DNA of 64,000 nucleotides. It comes from Cyanobacteriota bacterium. Lineage in GTDB: Bacteria > Cyanobacteriota > Cyanobacteriia > PCC-6307 > Cyanobiaceae. This document shows, piece by piece, positions 8,232 to 19,112 of the stretch. The notes under the pieces were generated by a model that saw only the letters and a list, made by a program, of their open reading frames with translations, did no database searches and was not told where the DNA came from. The DNA lies in assembly GCA_046340755.1 (NCBI GenBank), contig JBKDSY010000065.1, forward strand, positions 3,633 to 67,632, in the 5' to 3' direction. The stretch's first letter is position 1, and every line of letters starts with the position of its first letter. The position numbers and the translations under genes are program-made.

Positions 8232-9173
8232 TCAGCGCACGCTCACCTCGGTGACCCGGGCACCCAGCCGGTTGACCCGCTGCAGAGCCTGGTTCAGGCG
8301 GCTGTAGGGCACCCGCACCACGTAGGCGCCGCTGCGCACCACCCCGTTGCGGGCCACCCCCGTGGCCGCCAAGGCAGCCAGCCGTCCGGCGTTGTCGCCG
8401 CTGTCGCGGCTGCCGGCACCCACGCCCAGCAGCTCCCGGCGATGCTCACGGCCGGGCGAGAGGCGCTGGCCCGTGGCCTCCTCCCCGCTGGGCAGGCCGG
8501 TCTCCTCGCTGATCCGCGCCCGGAAGGGCCCTTCCGTGGACACGATCAACACCCGGCCCACACCGCCGCTGACGGGCAGGGGCCGCTCCTGATGCAAGGC
8601 CCGCCCAAGCCGGGCGCGGCGCACATCCCCATCCCCCTTGGCGGAGGCCGCCACCCCCCGAGCCAGTCGGGTGAGCCAGGAAAACTGGAGCCCGCACTGG
8701 CCGGCGGAGTAGGACCAGCCATGGAGCCAGGGCACCCGATCGCTGCCGAAACGCTCCTGGTATTCAGCGCTGTAGATGTAGGAATCAATTTCCGCCCCGA
8801 AACCCTGCTGCTGAAGGATGGTGAAGTGGGCAAGCATTTCGGCCTTGCTTTGCGGTGCCCGCCCGAGCAGATGCTTGTGGTTGAGCTCAATGAAGCGATA
8901 GGGATTGCAGGTATCGAAAAAACGGGCGCGGTAAAGATCGCTCTGGGCCAGCCCACGCACCAACTCGCGAACAGACAACTCACCATTGCGGAACAGGGAT
9001 TCCAGCCCCGTCAAGCGCTCCCGTTCCATCACATACTGCTGGCCCAACACCTGCTGATAGGCCGCCCGCAGGATGGCCTCACATTCAGAGGAAGACCAGC
9101 CCTGTCGTCGCTCGTTGGAACGTTCGGACGCCAAGCGTTGAATCCCCAGGGTTGGGGCAGCCAGAAGGGTCAT
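8232..9173 (-). CDS. Phycobilisome rod linker polypeptide (CpeC/CpcC-like; PBS linker plus CpcD-like domain)
   Basis: AAYQQVLG, ERLTGLESLFRNGELSVRELVRGLAQSDLY, RFIELNHKHLLGRAP; C-terminal VPYSRLNQALQRVNRLGARVTEVS. Confidence 0.9.
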   Translation of the reverse strand: MTLLAAPTLGIQRLASERSNERRQGWSSSECEAILRAAYQQVLGQQYVMERERLTGLESLFRNGELSVRELVRGLAQSDLYRARFFDTCNPYRFIELNHKHLLGRAPQSKAEMLAHFTILQQQGFGAEIDSYIYSAEYQERFGSDRVPWLHGWSYSAGQCGLQFSWLTRLARGVAASAKGDGDVRRARLGRALHQERPLPVSGGVGRVLIVSTEGPFRARISEETGLPSGEEATGQRLSPGREHRRELLGVGAGSRDSGDNAGRLAALAATGVARNGVVRSGAYVVRVPYSRLNQALQRVNRLGARVTEVSVR

Positions 9174-9343
9174 GAATAGGGGGGCAAAAGGGAGAAAAAA
9201 GCCGCCCCCACAACGATGGAAGGAGGCAACCTTCAGGAGGGTAGGGGAAATTTTGGCCTCGGCCTTTGCGGGCCGACGTCATCACAACGTTCTTTACTTG
9301 CGCCTCATGTTTCTTTACGCCACGGCCGGCGCGGCCAGCCCCA

Positions 9344-10294
9344 TCAGGGCGCTGGCGATGGCGGGGGGGGGACCGGGCGGCGCTCATCCACGGCCGTGTT
9401 GCCGCAGAGATCGAGCACGATCTGTTGGCCCACCGAGCGGGGGGCCGGCACCGTCCAGGCCTCCCAGGCTTCCTTCACCCGCCAGGTGTGGCGCAGGGTG
9501 GAGCAATCCACGGCAATGGCGGTGGCCTGGGCCCGCTCAGGCCCCACGTCTTTGGCCGCCGCCTGCACCAGGGTGAAGCGCACCCCATCCTGCAGCCGCT
9601 TCCAGCTGCCCCAATCCACCACCGTGTCGCCGTAATAGCGCCAGCGCCCACGGGTGGTGGCTTCGGGGGGGGCGGAGGTCACCGGGGGCGCGGGGGTCAC
9701 CGGGGGCACCGAGGGGCGCAAGGGAGGCGCGTCCGGCACGACCGTTGGCGTGGCGGGAGGGGGAGAGGCCGTCTTGGCTGGGGGGGAGGCCGGAGCGGGG
9801 GCTGGGGCGGCCTTCGGCTGGGAGGGCGCGGGCTGGGGCGCGGAGGAGGGAAGCCGCAGGGTGCTGCCCACCTTGAGTTTCTCCGGTTGCACCCCCGGAT
9901 TGGCCTTTTGCAACGCCGCCACCGTGGTGTTGTGGGCCTTGGCGATGGTGTCCAGTGTGTCGCCGCTCTTGATCACCACCGTGCCACTCTTGCGGGGCGG
10001 GGTAGACAGGCGCAGGGTCTGGCCCACCTGCAGCAGGTCGGCATCCTTGAGGCCGTTGAGCCGTTTGAGATCGGCCACGGAAACGCCCGTGCGCTGGCTG
10101 ATGCCCTCCAGGGTGTCGCCGCTGCGCACGGTGACCGTGCGGCTTCCGGAGGTGGTCTGGGCGCTGGCGGGAGGAGGAGTGGTGGCGGCGGTGAGGAGCA
10201 CGGCGAGGAGGACGGGCCAAGACATCCGCCGCCAGCGCGGGAGGAGCCGCGAGAGGAACCGCGAGTCGTTGGTCCAATCCGCACCCATGGGCAA
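9344..10294 (-). CDS. LysM-domain protein (two LysM, Pro-rich linker, C-terminal domain)
   Basis: VTVRSGDTLEGIS...LQVGQTLRL and VVIKSGDTLDTIA...LKVGSTLRL after a signal-like segment. Confidence 0.9.
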   Translation of the reverse strand: MPMGADWTNDSRFLSRLLPRWRRMSWPVLLAVLLTAATTPPPASAQTTSGSRTVTVRSGDTLEGISQRTGVSVADLKRLNGLKDADLLQVGQTLRLSTPPRKSGTVVIKSGDTLDTIAKAHNTTVAALQKANPGVQPEKLKVGSTLRLPSSAPQPAPSQPKAAPAPAPASPPAKTASPPPATPTVVPDAPPLRPSVPPVTPAPPVTSAPPEATTRGRWRYYGDTVVDWGSWKRLQDGVRFTLVQAAAKDVGPERAQATAIAVDCSTLRHTWRVKEAWEAWTVPAPRSVGQQIVLDLCGNTAVDERRPVPPPPSPAP

Positions 10295-10486
10295 CCATCA
10301 CCTTCGCTCTGAAGTGGACCTTACCGCCGATTGGGCGCTCCAACACCCCGTCCCTTGAGGATCAACCAACGCCCTCGGCACCAAAGCTGTCGGTGCTTCG
10401 AAGGCCCATGGGTCCAGGCCCCCCAAAGTCCATCAGGTTGCAGATCCGGCGCGCCACCATGGCGGGGCGATGGAACGGAACCCGCC

Positions 10487-13174
10487 GTGAGCCAGCCCCC
10501 CGCCGCGGCCACCGCCAAGCCTTCCCCACCGTGGATCGAGCGGGAGTCGTTGCTGCGGGCCGCCCAGGAGAGCCCCGAAGCCCTCCTGGCCCGGCTGAAC
10601 ACCAGCGCCGACGGGCTCAGCGGCCTTCAGTCGCGCCTGCGGCTGGCGCGGGTGGGGCCCAACGCCATCGCCCACGAGCAACCCCAGGCCTGGCCGTGGC
10701 AACTGCTGCGCACCTTCCGCAACCCCCTCGTGATGCTGCTGGGGGCCCTGGCCGCCCTCTCCCTCCTGAGCGGTGACACCAAGGCCGCCCTGATCATCAC
10801 CACGATGATCCTCTTCAGCGTGGCCCTGCGGTTCTCCCAGGAGTCACGCTCCCTGCGGGCCGCCGAGGCCCTGCGGCGGCTGGTGCACACCACCGCCACC
10901 GTGAAGCGCCATGACGCCCACAACGACATCACGCCCAGCCTGGCCGCCGATTTGGGCCTGGAGCTGGAGGCGGAGGCCCCCGGCCTGCGGGAGGTGCCCC
11001 TGGAGGGCATCGTGCCGGGAGATGTGGTGCTCCTCTCGGCGGGCGACATGGTGCCGGCCGATGTGCGGCTCCTGCGCTCGAAAGACCTCTTCGTTTCCCA
11101 GGGGACCCTCAGCGCCGAATCCCTCCCGGTGGAAAAGCACGCCACCCTCTCTCCCCGGCAGCAGGCCCTCAATGACCCCCTGGAGCTGGAAACGCTGTGC
11201 TTTCTGGGCACCACCGTGGTGAGTGGCACCGCCACCGCCGTGGTGCTCGCCACGGGCGATCGCACTTGCCTGGGCTCCATCGCCAATGCGGTGACGGGGG
11301 TGCGCAAGACCACCAGCTTCGAGCGGGGCATCAACCAGGTGAGCCTGCTGTTGCTGCGCTTCATGGCGGTGATGGCACCAGCGGTGTTCGTGATCAACGG
11401 GGTGAGCAAGGGCGACTGGGGGGAAGCCTTCTTTTTTGCCCTGTCCGTGGCCGTCGGGCTGACGCCGGAAATGCTGCCGATGATCGTCACCGCCAATCTC
11501 TCGCGGGGGGCGATTGCGATGGCAGCGGAAAAAGTGATTGTGAAAAATCTGGACGCCATTCAAAACTTTGGCGCCATGGATGTGCTTTGCACAGATAAAA
11601 CCGGCACCCTCACCCAAGACCGCATCGTCTTAATGAAACACCTCGATTAGCGGGGGGAAGACAGTGAAGAGGTGCTAGCACTTGCCTTTCTAAACAGCTA
11701 TTACCAAACGGGCCTCAAGAGCCTGCTGGATGTGGCTGTATTGGAACATGTAGAGGTGAAGGAAGCCCTACAACTGGAGCAGAGTTTCAGCAAGATCGAT
11801 GAGATTCCCTTCGATTTCCAACGGCGGCGCCTCTCGGTGGTGGTGGAGGAAGCCAACCATCACCACGAGTTGATCTGCAAAGGGGCCGTGGAGGAGACCC
11901 TGGCCATCTGCACCTTGTTGCGGGATGGCCCCAACGTGCGGCCCCTGGAGGAGGAGAGCCGCCAGGCGATTCTGGATCTGAATGGCGGTCTCAACAACGA
12001 CGGCCTGCGGGTGATCGCCGTCGCCTACAAGGAGGTGCCGTTGCAGCCCGGGCCCTATTCCCTGGCCGATGAAGTCGATTTGATCCTGGTGGGCCTGATC
12101 GCGTTCCTCGATCCACCCAAGGAGTCGGCCGCGGAAGCCCTGCGGCAACTCCGGGAGAGTCAGGTGGCCGTGAAGGTGCTCACGGGAGACAACCCGGTGA
12201 TCGCGCGGAAAACCTGCCGCGACGTGGGCCTGGCGGTGGAGGGGGTGCTGTTGGGCCCGGAGGTGGAGGCGCTGGATGACACGGCCCTGGGCGAGAGGGT
12301 AGACACCACCACGATCTTCGCCAAACTTTCACCCCTCGACAAGGCGCGCATCATTCGCCTGCTGCGCCATCAAGGCCACGTGGTGGGCTTCCTCGGCGAT
12401 GGCATCAATGACGCCGCCGCCCTGCGCGAAGCCGACATTGGCCTCTCCGTTGACACGGCGGTGGACATCGCCAAGGAGTCGGCCGACATCGTGCTGCTGG
12501 AGAAAAGCCTGTTGGTGCTTCTGGCGGGCGTGCGCGAGGGACGCCGCACCTTCGGCAACATCAGCCGATACATCAAAATGGGCACAAGTTCTGCCTTTGG
12601 CAACATGTTCAGCATGCTTGGCGCAAGCCTTGTTTTGCCCTTTCTGCCCATGTTGCCCCTGCAGATTCTGCTCAACAACCTCCTCTACGATGTTTCACAA
12701 ACCGGCATCCCCTTCGACCGGGTTGATGCCGACTACCTGGCCAAGCCACGCCAATGGAAACTGCCCAATCTGCGACGTTTCATGCTCATCATCGGCCCAG
12801 TGAGCTCCATGTTTGATTACGTCACATTTACGGTGTTGTGGTTTGTCTTCGCCGCCAACACACCCGAGCGGCAAAGCCTGTTTCAAACCGGCTGGTTTGT
12901 GGAAAGCCTTCTCACCCAAACCTCAATCGTCTACATCATCCGCATCAGCCACATTCCCTTTTTCCAGAGCAATCCCGCGCCCCTGATGGCCCTGATCAGC
13001 CTGGCGGTGATGGCCGTCGGTCTCACCATCCCCTTCACGCCCATTGGCCCGGGGCTGGGGCTGGTGCCCCTGCCAGCGGCCTACTTCGGCTTGCTGGCGC
13101 TGATTCTCCTGGCCTATGCCTGCCTCACCCAGCAGGTGAAGCGCTGGTTCGTGCATCGCTACGGCGACGATTGA
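10487..13174 (+). pseudogene. mgtA: Magnesium-translocating P-type ATPase interrupted by an in-frame TAG at 11648-11650
   Basis: GLTPEMLPMI, CTDKTGTLT, KVLTGDN, GDGINDA, QILLNNLLYD; the two track ORFs are in frame (MKHLD*RGEDSEEVL). Confidence 0.9.
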
Positions 13175-14097
13175 CCATCGGACGAGGGCAGCCGATCCAG
13201 GGCCAACCGGGCCGCACCCAGGCGACCGGCCCCATTCCCCAGGGCGCAACGCTCGATCACCAATCCCTCCCGACTGGGACGCACCACCCGCGTCTCGATC
13301 TCCCGCCATACCGCCGGCAAGAAGTAAGGAAAGGCCCCGCTGAGGCCGCCACCGATCAACACCCGCTCTGGCGTGAGCACATAGAGCAGCGAGCTCAAGC
13401 CAATGCCCAGCCAACGGCCATAGCGCTCCCACACCGCCAGCGCCTCCGCCTCTCCTGCCTCCGCCCGCTGGCTGAGCTCCCGGGGATCCAAAGGGCTGAG
13501 GCGGGCCAGGGCGCCGATGCTGCAATGTTGTTCGAGGGAGCCCCGGTTGCCGCTGCGGCAAGGAGGACCCTCCGGATCCACGCCGATCAGACCCAGCTCC
13601 CCGGCGGCGCCGCCATGGCCCGTGAACAGGGCGCCATTGAGCCAGATCCCGCCCCCCACCCCCGTGCCGAGGGTGAGCAGGATGGCGTTGTCACATCCCC
13701 GTGCCGCCCCCAACCAGGCCTCTCCCACCATGGCGCAGTTGGCGTCGTTGGCCAGGGTCACGGTTCGCTCCAGCTCCGGCTCCAGCCAGTCGGCCAGGGG
13801 CACCTCCCGCCAACCCTCCAGGTTGATCGCCAGACGGGCCACCCGCCCGGCCGCGTCCGTGGGGCCAGGCAGCCCGATGCCCACCCGGCCGGCCCTGCCC
13901 TGCGGATCCAGGGCCGCAATGGCATCGGCGATGGCCACGGCCACCGCACCGGGCACCGATGGCCGGGGGGTGGCCACCTCCCGTTCGCCCAGCAGGGTGC
14001 CCGACCCATCAAACAGGCCCAGCTTGATCGCCGTTCCCCCCAGATCCACCCCGATCAGGTCGGGGCCCATCGCCTTGGGGGAAACCGCTGCTGTCAT
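13159..14097 (-). CDS. ROK-family sugar kinase (glucokinase-like)
   Basis: GVDLGGT, LANDANCA, LTLGTGVGGG, GELG, CRSGNRGSLEQHCS. Confidence 0.9.
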   Translation of the reverse strand: MTAAVSPKAMGPDLIGVDLGGTAIKLGLFDGSGTLLGEREVATPRPSVPGAVAVAIADAIAALDPQGRAGRVGIGLPGPTDAAGRVARLAINLEGWREVPLADWLEPELERTVTLANDANCAMVGEAWLGAARGCDNAILLTLGTGVGGGIWLNGALFTGHGGAAGELGLIGVDPEGPPCRSGNRGSLEQHCSIGALARLSPLDPRELSQRAEAGEAEALAVWERYGRWLGIGLSSLLYVLTPERVLIGGGLSGAFPYFLPAVWREIETRVVRPSREGLVIERCALGNGAGRLGAARLALDRLPSSDGQSSP

Positions 14098-14157
14098 TCC
14101 AGGCCCCGGGGTGTGGCTGGCACCTGGAGCCATGCTCCCACGGCAGGGGAGGGGACC

Positions 14158-17100
14158 TCAGAAGCGGAAGAGCAGGCGCAGCTGGGTGCCCCAGGCCCCC
14201 AGGGTGTCGATGAAGGTTTCCACGTTGATGGCTTCCGACGCCTTGTAGTTGAGCGTGACCTGGGGAGCCACGTCGGAGCGGTTCGGGGCGGCCAGGGCCG
14301 AGAGATTCACCCTGTCGGTGATGTCGAAGCCCACCTCCGCCCCCAGCACCAGCTGGGGAGGCACCCGCCGGGAGCGGCGGGCCTGCGCGCTGGCGATCTC
14401 GGGATTCACGTAGGTGGGGTAAAGGGCAAGGCTCACCCGCTGACCCAGGGCATCGCTCAGGCCACTGAGCAAGGGCGACAGCAGCGACTGCCCCACCACC
14501 GTGGCCAGGGCGGTGCCGGCCCCTCCCTGGCTGAGACCCGCCAGGGTGTTGCCACCGATCAGGGCCACCAGCCGCTCCTGGGGGAGGGGGGGATTGCTGC
14601 TCAGACGGATGGAGTTGGTGATCTGATCCGCCCGCCCGCTCACGCTGAGGGTCACCAGGATCAAATTGAGTTGGCGCAGGGAGGAGAAGCCGTTCTCCGG
14701 CGCCCCCGCCGTCAACCCCGTGGCCAGGCTTCCAGCCCCTTGTGACTCCCCCAGGCCATTGGGCGCCACCAGACCGATGTTGTCGGCGATGCGGGTGCGC
14801 AGGGCGATGTCGAGGTAGGGCATCAGCCCCAGGGAGGGGGTGAAGACGGCCACGTTGGGGGCGTCGGGATCCAGGCTGAAACTGGTGGTGAACAGCGTCA
14901 GCCGACCGGAGAGCAGCCGCACCACCCCGCTGGCCCGCAGGCTGGGATCGAGACGCCCCGTGATGCGCACCGATCCGCCGGTGTCGAAGCTGGCCACATT
15001 GGGCACCACCACCCGCAGTTCGGGGCCAAAGCGCAGCTGCAGGCCCTGAAAACTCAACCAGGGGAGGCGGGGAATCGCCTCCTCCATGCCGGGGGAATCG
15101 AGGGCCTGAATCTGGGGACCCAGCAGCACCAGGGGCTGCTTGAAATCCCACTTCTGCTCGAGCAGCTGGGCCAGGGAGCTTGGGCTGGCGGGCTGGTTGG
15201 AGCCGGGCTGGGAGGGGGAGAGCTGGCCCGGCTGGGCGTTGATTTTTCCCCGGCTGATGGTCAACTCCCCGCCGAGCACCGGCGCCGTCAGGCTGCCGCC
15301 GAGGGTGAGGCGCCCGTCGCCGCGGGCGTTGAGGCGGCTGACAGCCAGGGGCACCTCCTTCAGCTGCACGGCGAGGGTGGGCTCGGCGCTCAGCTGGCGC
15401 CGCAATCCGATGCGACCCTCCCCCTCCAGGCGCCCCCGTTGCCCGGCCCGGGCCCGCAGCTCCTGCACCAAGACCTGCTCGAAATCAAACAACACGGTCG
15501 CTTCCACCTCGGAGAGGGTCTGGCCGGCGAGCTGGTATTCCCCCCCCCGCAGGCGGATGAAGCCGTTGGCGATCGGATCCTTCACACTGCCGCGCACCAG
15601 CAGCTGCAGGTCCGTGCTGCCCTGTTTCCACACCACCGCGTCCCCGGCCAGTCGCGTCAACACCCGCAAGCCATCCCCCCTGCTCGCCACCCGCAGCTCC
15701 AGCCCCTCCCGGGATGGATCGAGAGGAAGGGTGCCGGCCAGCGTCACCAGGTTGGTCGCGCTCCCCCCCCGGGCCGCCAAATCCACCGTCAACCGCCCTT
15801 TCTCCAAGGTGAGCTCGCCCCGCTCCAGGGCCAGGGGCGCCGGGCCGATGCCCCCCTCCTCCAGGGCCAGGGCCACCCCCAGCTTGGGCTGGGCCCCCAG
15901 GCGGTAACGACCACTCAGCGCCAGCTGGCCCCGCAGGGTTTCCGGAATGGGGGTGAGCAGGGCGAGCAGGCCAAGGGGCAAGCCCCCCAGGGAAAAACTG
16001 CCGCTTCCGTCCCGCAGGGGCCCCTCGAGGCGCAGGGAAAACGGCGTGCTGGTGAGGGCCTGATCCCGATCAGGGAGCCCCACCCAGACATGGCCGCCCC
16101 CCTCCAGCTCCACTTGCACCCGGCGCCAATCCGGACCCTCCAGGGTGAGGTCGGCGTCGACACGGGTTTGGAGGGAAGCCAGCAGGGGCCCAAGGCCGGC
16201 CGGACGGGTCAAGGTCTGGAAGCGCTCCTGGGTCTCCTCCACCGCTTGCTGGAGCGCCCGCAACTGGTCATCCAGGCTCCTGCCGAGGGTGTCGAACACC
16301 AGGCTTCCCAGATCCTCCGCCCGACCCCAGGAGCGGGCCTCGAACCCTCCGCCCGGGCCGCGGGCGGCAAGAAGGGTGCGAAAGAGCTGGGCATCCAGGT
16401 GGCGCGCCTGGAAGCGCCCGCGGAAAGGCCCCTGCCAACGGCCCTCCAGGCTGACGTCGATGCTGCCGGCACCCAGGGGCTCCACCAGACCGCGCAGCCG
16501 GTAAGCCCGGTTGGCGTAGGCCCCCCGGGCCTGCACCCGGCGACCCGGCAGCCCGAACATCCGGGGCTGGTCCAGGGTCACCTCCCCCTGGAAGGCCAGG
16601 GGTTGCAAGGCCAGGGTGCCTTCCCCCCCCAACAGGCCCTGGAGGGCTTCCATCCGTCGCCCGAAGGCCAGGGCCAGCCCCTGGAGGGGCAGCTGGCTGG
16701 CCCGCCAGCGATAGCTCCGGGGAGAACCGTCCAGGGTGATTCGTCCCCCTTGTCGCTCCAGGGTGACCCGCCGGGGCTGCCAGCGCCGATCCAGCCAGGC
16801 CTCCAGCCGGCCCAGGGGCGCGGGAGCCTGGGCCGCCATGCGCAGCAATCCCCCGCCCACCTCCCCCCCCAGGGGGTTGGCGGGATCCAGCTCCGCCTGG
16901 AGCCGCCCGCTCCAGGTTTCCTCCAACCGCAGGGGGCCCGCCATGGGTCGTCGCAGCCGCAACTGCAGATCCGGTTTCAGGTGCCGCAAGGGTCCACGCA
17001 CCACCCCCCGGGCTTCGATGACCCCACCCAACGTGGTGCCGACCACCGGCTGGAGCCGGGCCAGGGGGTAGGGAGCCAGGTCGAAGCGGGCCTCCAGCGG

Positions 17101-18570
17101 TCCCACCTCCAGCCCCCGCCGGGGCCGGGAGAGCAGGGGCAGGGTGGCGCTGGCCCGCAGATGCTCCGTTTGGAAGCGCCGCAGCACGAGGAGGCCATCG
17201 CTCCAGTCCACCTCGGCCTGCCAGGGCCCCAGCAGGCGGTGGCTGCGTTGACCGGTGACCACCGCCAGGCGGGGGGTGCCCAGCCGTCCGCCCAGCCGCA
17301 GGTCTCCGGTGAGGGGTGCCTCCAGCAGCCAGTCGGGCAAGGCCGCCGCGCCCGGCAGGTCGGCGGGTGCCAGGCGCCAGGAGCCTTCCAGGTCGAGGGC
17401 CGCGGCCACGGAGCCGGCCACCGCCAGGCTGGAACCGCCCCGCTCAGCCCGAAAGCGCACCTCCCTCAGGCCCCCCTGGCCGATCACCCCATCCAGCCGT
17501 CCCTCCAGGGGGCGGGAACCGAGGCGGAGGGAGGGCGGCGGCTGGGCCGTGGCGGCCAGTTGCAGCCGCCGGCCCGCCAGAGTCCCGCCCACCCGGCCGC
17601 CCCAAGGGCCGAACCGCCAGGGGCTGGGGGCCAGCGCCAGGGCCGTGCCGTCGCAGCGCAGGGAAGCCCGGGGCATCTCCAGGGCCGGTGACGACGGCTG
17701 GGGGCGCCAGCGCATCCCCTCCCCCAGCAGCCCGCCGGCGCAGTGAACCCGGCCCTTCTCGATGCCGAGGGTCAGCTGGCCGCTGCCCACGCCCGCCACC
17801 TGACCCCGCAGGGGCAGCAGCTGAACCAGGGGGGCCACCGCCCAACGGCTGGCCCACACCTGCGTGCGCCAGCGCTGGCTTTTCCAAGTTCCACCGCCCA
17901 CCAGCCGCGCCACACCTCCTCCAATCGGCTGTTGGGCCCGGGCACGCCAGTCGACCGTTTGGCGGTGCACCGTCACCCTGGCTTGGCCCAACACATTCAG
18001 CCGCAGGGGCCTCGAGGCGGGGCCCAGATTCCAGAGCCGGGCCTGGGCCGGCTCCACCAACTGCACGGTGAGGTGGAGGCGGGGGGGCGTGCGGCCCGGC
18101 GCCGCGGCGCCGAAGGCCCAGTACGGGCCCTGACCCTTGCGGCGCAGATCCACCTCCGCGCCCCGCAGATCCATGGCCAGATGAAGGGCTCGATCCTGCC
18201 AGCTGGTGAGGGGATCGAGGCGCACCACCAGGCTCCGGGCCGCCGCGGAGGAGCCATCCCGGGCCCCGGGAAGGAAGCGACTGGGGCCGATGCGCACCCC
18301 GTCCAGCCCCCAGCCCTGAAACTCCCCCAACCGCAGGGGACGGCCCATGGCCTTGCCCACCTGGCCCTCCAACCAGGGGCGCCAGTGGCCATAGAGCCGG
18401 CCCAGCAGCCAATCCGACCGCTGCCAGGCCAGCCATGCTCCCCCCCCCACGGCGGCCACGCCCCCCAACAGCAGCCAGGGCAGCGCGCGCGCCAGCGTCC
18501 CCTTCCTCCGTGGGGGAGGGCAGGGCGGAGGCTCGCCCAACGTTCGTGGCAGCTCAGGCAGTGGCTTCAT
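14158..18570 (-). CDS. tamB: TamB/DUF490 translocation-assembly module protein
   Basis: About 1470 aa, single N-terminal TM helix, beta-rich body, C-terminal NVAVFTPSLGLMPYLDIAL and LSSNPPLPQERLVALIGG. Confidence 0.8.
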   Translation of the reverse strand: MKPLPELPRTLGEPPPCPPPRRKGTLARALPWLLLGGVAAVGGGAWLAWQRSDWLLGRLYGHWRPWLEGQVGKAMGRPLRLGEFQGWGLDGVRIGPSRFLPGARDGSSAAARSLVVRLDPLTSWQDRALHLAMDLRGAEVDLRRKGQGPYWAFGAAAPGRTPPRLHLTVQLVEPAQARLWNLGPASRPLRLNVLGQARVTVHRQTVDWRARAQQPIGGGVARLVGGGTWKSQRWRTQVWASRWAVAPLVQLLPLRGQVAGVGSGQLTLGIEKGRVHCAGGLLGEGMRWRPQPSSPALEMPRASLRCDGTALALAPSPWRFGPWGGRVGGTLAGRRLQLAATAQPPPSLRLGSRPLEGRLDGVIGQGGLREVRFRAERGGSSLAVAGSVAAALDLEGSWRLAPADLPGAAALPDWLLEAPLTGDLRLGGRLGTPRLAVVTGQRSHRLLGPWQAEVDWSDGLLVLRRFQTEHLRASATLPLLSRPRRGLEVGPLEARFDLAPYPLARLQPVVGTTLGGVIEARGVVRGPLRHLKPDLQLRLRRPMAGPLRLEETWSGRLQAELDPANPLGGEVGGGLLRMAAQAPAPLGRLEAWLDRRWQPRRVTLERQGGRITLDGSPRSYRWRASQLPLQGLALAFGRRMEALQGLLGGEGTLALQPLAFQGEVTLDQPRMFGLPGRRVQARGAYANRAYRLRGLVEPLGAGSIDVSLEGRWQGPFRGRFQARHLDAQLFRTLLAARGPGGGFEARSWGRAEDLGSLVFDTLGRSLDDQLRALQQAVEETQERFQTLTRPAGLGPLLASLQTRVDADLTLEGPDWRRVQVELEGGGHVWVGLPDRDQALTSTPFSLRLEGPLRDGSGSFSLGGLPLGLLALLTPIPETLRGQLALSGRYRLGAQPKLGVALALEEGGIGPAPLALERGELTLEKGRLTVDLAARGGSATNLVTLAGTLPLDPSREGLELRVASRGDGLRVLTRLAGDAVVWKQGSTDLQLLVRGSVKDPIANGFIRLRGGEYQLAGQTLSEVEATVLFDFEQVLVQELRARAGQRGRLEGEGRIGLRRQLSAEPTLAVQLKEVPLAVSRLNARGDGRLTLGGSLTAPVLGGELTISRGKINAQPGQLSPSQPGSNQPASPSSLAQLLEQKWDFKQPLVLLGPQIQALDSPGMEEAIPRLPWLSFQGLQLRFGPELRVVVPNVASFDTGGSVRITGRLDPSLRASGVVRLLSGRLTLFTTSFSLDPDAPNVAVFTPSLGLMPYLDIALRTRIADNIGLVAPNGLGESQGAGSLATGLTAGAPENGFSSLRQLNLILVTLSVSGRADQITNSIRLSSNPPLPQERLVALIGGNTLAGLSQGGAGTALATVVGQSLLSPLLSGLSDALGQRVSLALYPTYVNPEIASAQARRSRRVPPQLVLGAEVGFDITDRVNLSALAAPNRSDVAPQVTLNYKASEAINVETFIDTLGAWGTQLRLLFRF

Positions 18571-18635
18571 CTGCCTGGGACAACCCCCGTGCGGGCGGGC
18601 GCAATATAAGGAGCCTGTCCGTCCTGACCAGTCCC

Positions 18636-19112
18636 ATGGCCGCTGATCCGATTCTCCTGGTGGCCGCCCAATGGTTGGGATGGGCAGCCCTGGCCCTGGT
18701 GGCACTGACGATCGGGGGCTTCGCGGGGCGGTGGGGAATTCGCTTCCGTCTGGTGGGCATCACCAGTTTCACGGCGCTGCTGGCCATCTCCTGCGCGGCC
18801 TTCGCCGTGAGCTACAGCGCCCGGGTGACGGTGCCCGGCGCCGTGACCGCACCCGTGGTGTTCGACAACGGAGCTGACCTGGTAGTGGTGGCCGCCCCGG
18901 TGGATCTGCCCCCCGGGGCGGAAGCTCCCACGGCCGAGCAGGTGGCCCGCAACCTTCGGCCCACCGGCCGCTCGCCCGCCGACGGCGTGGTGCGGGTGCG
19001 GCTGCGGCGCCTGGAGCCCGCCGGCGCGGGCGTCGCCCGGCCGGTGGTGCTGGCGGAAGCCCGGCTCGACCTGAGGACGGGGGAGGTGACCGTGGGGCGC
19101 CCAGACTCTTGA
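18636..19112 (+). CDS. ycf51: Ycf51-family (DUF2518) protein
   Basis: WGIRFRLVGITSFTALL, VVFDNGADLVV. Confidence 0.85.
   Translation: MAADPILLVAAQWLGWAALALVALTIGGFAGRWGIRFRLVGITSFTALLAISCAAFAVSYSARVTVPGAVTAPVVFDNGADLVVVAAPVDLPPGAEAPTAEQVARNLRPTGRSPADGVVRVRLRRLEPAGAGVARPVVLAEARLDLRTGEVTVGRPDS

Noticed and set aside
11648-11650. Pyrrolysine or programmed readthrough in mgtA
   Set aside because: No pyl genes here, none known to me in cyanobacteria, and a second lesion (SAES) points to decay.
12838-18436. Long alternative ORFs (12838-14745, 14009-15151, 15439-17691 and others)
   Set aside because: They overlap the ROK and tamB genes in other frames or strands and are Pro/Gly/Arg-rich shadows.
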